From: Octopus vulgaris
Taxonomy: Eukaryota
Assembly: GCA_951406725.2 (NCBI GenBank)
Contig: OX597833.1
Span: 7,626,001-7,690,000, forward strand
Reading direction: 5' to 3'
Length of the DNA stretch: 64,000 nt
In this document: in pieces, positions 59,046 through 64,000 of the stretch
How positions within the stretch are numbered: the first letter of the stretch is position 1
Layout of the letters: every line of letters begins with the position of its first letter
Translations under genes and position numbers: made by a program
Notes under the pieces: generated by a model
Database searches by the model: none
Told to the model about the DNA's origin: nothing
The model's input: only the letters and a program-made list of their open reading frames with translations

Positions 59046-60679
59046 TGTACAGACACAGATGCACACACACACGCACATACACACATGCGAATACGCATAT
59101 ATGTGTGTTTGTGTATGTACATGCGCGTATATGTCTATATACACTCACAATTACGTATTCAATACGTATATCAATATATATGAATATATGTTTCCATCCG
59201 TCCATCCATACATATACACACACACACACACACATATATGTATGTGTATGTGTGCGTGTGTGTGTGTGCGTGCGTGTGCGTGTGCGTGCGTGTGTCTCGT
59301 GTGTGGGAACAATGGCCGTTCTAGTAAGAAGCGAAACTCGACTCTCTATCTACGTTTATTTAGTCACCCATTTCTCTGCCGTTTCTTTGAATGGGCGTTT
59401 AACTTTATCACAATCCACCCCAGTCTTTCCCTACCCAACACATTTTCCCACCATCCCTCTTTTCTACCCGTCTCTTCTCTTACCAATCTTGCTTTCTACC
59501 GTTATATAACTCTACCTGGCATACCCCTACCCGTCTATCTCTCTGCCTGAATCTTCTCTCTTTAGCTATATCAGTCGAATTTCGAGTACCCCTGCCTACC
59601 TATTTTCTACCCGTGTATCTCTATATGGGCCTAACCTTCTACCAGACTTTCCTTGCTCCCGTCTTTCCTTCTAGCAATTTATATCTCTTCCTATTTTCCC
59701 CCCACCCTTCTATATCTCCACCCGACTCTCACTAATTTTTCTCTGCCCAGCTATATCCATCAACATGCGTGTACTCCTATCTGTCAATCTTTCTACCCGT
59801 ATATCCGTATACTGGTGAATCCCTTTACCAATTCTTTCTACCAGAAGTGTCAAATTAGCGGAATTGTTACAAAGTTCGGTAGAATACCTCACGGTGTTTT
59901 TTCCGATCCTTTATGTTCTAAGTTCAAATCCCACTACGGTCAACTTTACCTTTCATTTTTTAGAGATCCATAAAATTTACCAATTGAAGATGAATGCTCG
60001 CAAATATTAGAATCACGTGTTAAAAATCTTTATGCTTCTACCGATCGATTTATTTTAACAGTGATTCCACCAGTGGCTAATTTTGTGAACAAGAGATTCT
60101 ATCTGGAAAATTCTACCAGGGGTAAATATGTGATTCCATCCGTAGAATACTGTAAATATATGTTCTGCCAGCGGCAATATTGTAATCATGAAATTCTATC
60201 GGACGTTATACTGTCAATGTTACTGAGATATGTCACAACAGAAGATGGTATTTACAAATTTGCGAACACCTTCTACTGTGATATAACTTAGCCAATATGT
60301 CTGTGGACTGGTTAAAAATCAGATTAATCTCTTCCTTCAATCAATGTATTTTTCAATGCCATTTTCTAAACATTTTCTTGGTTTGTTGAGATTAATTTCT
60401 CGCAGATCAAAATGTGTGCGTTAATTATGCAATGATGCCTGACGAAAGGACTTGTTATTTTACTCTATTACGTAATATATTAATAAGCAAAATAAGTAAC
60501 TATTTTATGGAAACGAACGTAACATACTTAAATATTTGACACCATTCATATTCATTTATTATTATATTTTACTCAACGAGTGAAATATCGAGATTGAAAA
60601 GCTGAGTTAGTTGCCAGGATCATAGGGATCCCTACTTCTTGGCCATACTTACATACATACACACACACATATATACATA

Positions 60680-60718
<39 letters not shown>

Positions 60719-61675
60719 CAGACTATCTGTATGACTGTCTGTCTGCCAGCCCACACAAATCAGTTGCTTAGCAATTTCTGAATTCCTGTCAACGTTAACC
60801 AATTGGATCCCACCACTACAACCACCATACCACCCACACCATTCCACCACCGCTACCACCACCACCACCACCACCACCACTACTACCGCCTATGCCATAG
60901 TGGTATAACTTACTGGTAGTCTAGTTTGAGGTCCTTTTTGACGAAGGACCAGCTTATCTTTATCTTCAGCTCTGTGTAGAATGAGAAGAGGATAGGTTAG
61001 GGGGTAGAGTAGGGTTTGTGGGGGTGGTGATGGTGGTGGTGGTAGAGGTAGTGGTGGTGGTGGTGTTGGTGGTGGTAGCGATGGAAACAGTAGGTGTAAT
61101 GGCGGCCCTGGGGGAGTGACGGTGATGATAGGAGGTGGTGGTGGTGGTGGTGGTGGTGGTGTTGGCATCGGCGGCGGCGGTGGCGGTGGTGGTGGCGGCG
61201 GTGGTGGCGGTGATGCTAATTGCGCTGTTGATGATGGGGAGGAAGAGGAGGAAGATAAAGGGAGAGTGGGGGAGACGGATGGTCAAGAGGCAGGTGATGG
61301 TGATGCCGACGAGGAAAAGGAAAAGAAGGATAGAGAGCGGGGTAGTGATAAAAATGGCGACGGGGATGGGGATGATGATTGTGGCGGTGGTGGAAGTGAT
61401 GATGATGATAGTGGTGATGATGGTGATGGTATTGATGAAGATGGCGATAATAGTGATAATGATGACGATGATGGTCGTAATGCCAGCAGTTGAATGTAGA
61501 GTGGAGAGTGGAGAGAGGGAGAGAGAGAGGGGAAAGAGAGAGAGGGAGAGAGAGACGGGGAGAGACATAAAGAAAGTCTCTGTTTTCATCTTAAACGATG
61601 TTAAAAGCAATTAAGACTCTGAGATAACAAGAAAGCAGTGATAGGTGAGGTGTATATATATATACATATATATAT

Positions 61676-61710
<35 letters not shown>

Positions 61711-61788
61711 CTCGAATGCAAACACATATACACATTTTCCATTATACTGTATGCCTCACTTTATATATATGTGTGTGTGTATGTACGC

Positions 61789-61821
<33 letters not shown>

Positions 61822-62047
61822 GTGTGTGTGTATGTATGTGTGTATGTAGTTGCATGGAGAGGGATGGCCTCTTGTATTTCTTTCAATGCACAGTTTGAAT
61901 TTATTTTCACGTAATGTTTCGTTTTAGTAGAACTTATACCACACAGATACACACACACACACGAATAATTGCAGTTATATATTTATATATACACATATAA
62001 GTGTTTACACGTCTACATATACATACACACATTAAGTATCTATGTGC

Positions 62048-62454
<407 letters not shown>

Positions 62455-62664
62455 AATGTATGCATGTATGTATGTATATCTTATTATACAAGCAACGTTT
62501 AGAAAACTCGGTTCCTGAACCTTTTACCAGAGTTGTATAAAATACTCTTCACTTCACTTAGAGAGTTGCCCCTAGTTTCCAACGAAACGGAATTTGTCAA
62601 AAAGGGTAACAACAACAACATCATCAACAACAACAACAACAACAATAACAATAACAATAATAAC

Positions 62665-62722
<58 letters not shown>

Positions 62723-63014
62723 TCATATAATATAATAATAATAATAATAAATTTTGGTGCATTTTGGGTTATGTCTGCGAAATGGTGAAGCGGAATAATT
62801 CAGATTTTCATCAGAGGAATTTATCTTCATTTCTTTCATCGGGGTTATTGCTAGAACAGCACATTGATAAGGAGGGAGATGAAATGAAGGTCGCAGATAG
62901 AACGAGTTGAAGGATGTGAAATGAAAAATTATACGAAACGTGAGAGGAAAGTAAAAAAATTTTAAATTGAAGATGAAATGCCCAAAATACAGAACAGACA
63001 GAAAGACAGGTCAT

Positions 63015-63099
<85 letters not shown>

Positions 63100-63334
63100 G
63101 CATTGCTAATTAGGGGGTTGAAAAGCAGACAAATAAATGGATGTGTAAACTGATGGCGAGATATATAAACAGATATACAATCCAATTAATAGATAATATA
63201 TATATATATGGCGGTGTCCCAGCATGGCCACAGCTCGTAAGCTGAAACTAGATGAAAATGAAAAAATATATATATATGTACATACATATATATATATATT
63301 TATACATATATATATATATTTATACATATATATA

Positions 63335-63430
<96 letters not shown>

Positions 63431-64000
63431 AGAACACACGCACGCACACATGCACAGCCTCTCCCCGTTCCTTTTTCATCGACGTTTCAATATCACATGA
63501 CCTTATCATCACGATATTGCACATAAGAGTTGCAAACTTTGCCTCTGTTTCATGTATTTCTCTGATAGACATGAGAGGCAACCGTAACAAGAAATTAAAT
63601 TACTGACTGGCAGAATAACTTTTAACCAAAACGCTGAGAGGTTCTCTTCCTGTGAGCCCTTTCTATGATGAAGGTTATATATATATACAGAGAGACAGAA
63701 AGAGAGTAAGAAAGAGAAAGGCGGGGAAGAGAGAGAATTATCCCTAAATATTTTATTGTTAATATGAAATATTTTGATGCAATGAATTTTAAGAAAAGAA
63801 CTTTCGTCTTTAATCCCTACTATAATATAACGTTTAGTAAGCATTATTAACATCATCATCATTATTATTATTAAGCAACACAATAGACATGTCATTGACC
63901 TCTGGCAGTTGTTCGCATAAACAAAAGTCGACGTTTCCTTGGAGGGACCACAGTCGTAGTGGACAACAGGAGGAACCATTTGAAATGTGTTCACTTGTTG

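Noticed and set aside
61116-61493. Gly/Asp-rich ORF
   Set aside because: Degenerate (GGT/GAT)n low-complexity tract with no gene structure.
63945-63955. Gli-like site GACCACACA (FoxF is a Hedgehog target in vertebrates)
   Set aside because: A single imperfect 9-mer, expected by chance; I did not see a consensus GACCACCCA cluster.

Overview
Eukaryotic, AT-rich, microsatellite-dense animal genomic DNA. The SINE families and repeat density suggest an octopus or other coleoid cephalopod (inference). There is one real protein-coding gene: a FoxF-class forkhead transcription factor (large coding exon 18428-19547, +, ending at a consensus CAG|GTAAGT donor). I could not locate its short terminal exon in the window. 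The rest is transposon debris. It includes five decayed Tc1/mariner transposases, a Penelope-like element (RT plus GIY-YIG remnant), several LINE 3' ends, at least four SINE families in many copies, a hAT MITE, a non-autonomous Helitron and many fold-back palindromes. Nearly all other ORFs in the track are microsatellite translations. The most unusual signals are: (1) a Penelope-like element whose 3' region reads tRNA-like sequence, then microsatellite, then hammerhead-ribozyme core; (2) dispersed minimal hammerhead-like motifs in (TA)n tracts, some with a non-canonical core; (3) a two-hairpin 3' RNA structure shared, with compensatory changes, by a SINE and several different LINE ends; (4) a dense nuclear-receptor DR1 cluster about 6 kb upstream of FoxF. 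All coordinates were read by eye and element edges are approximate.
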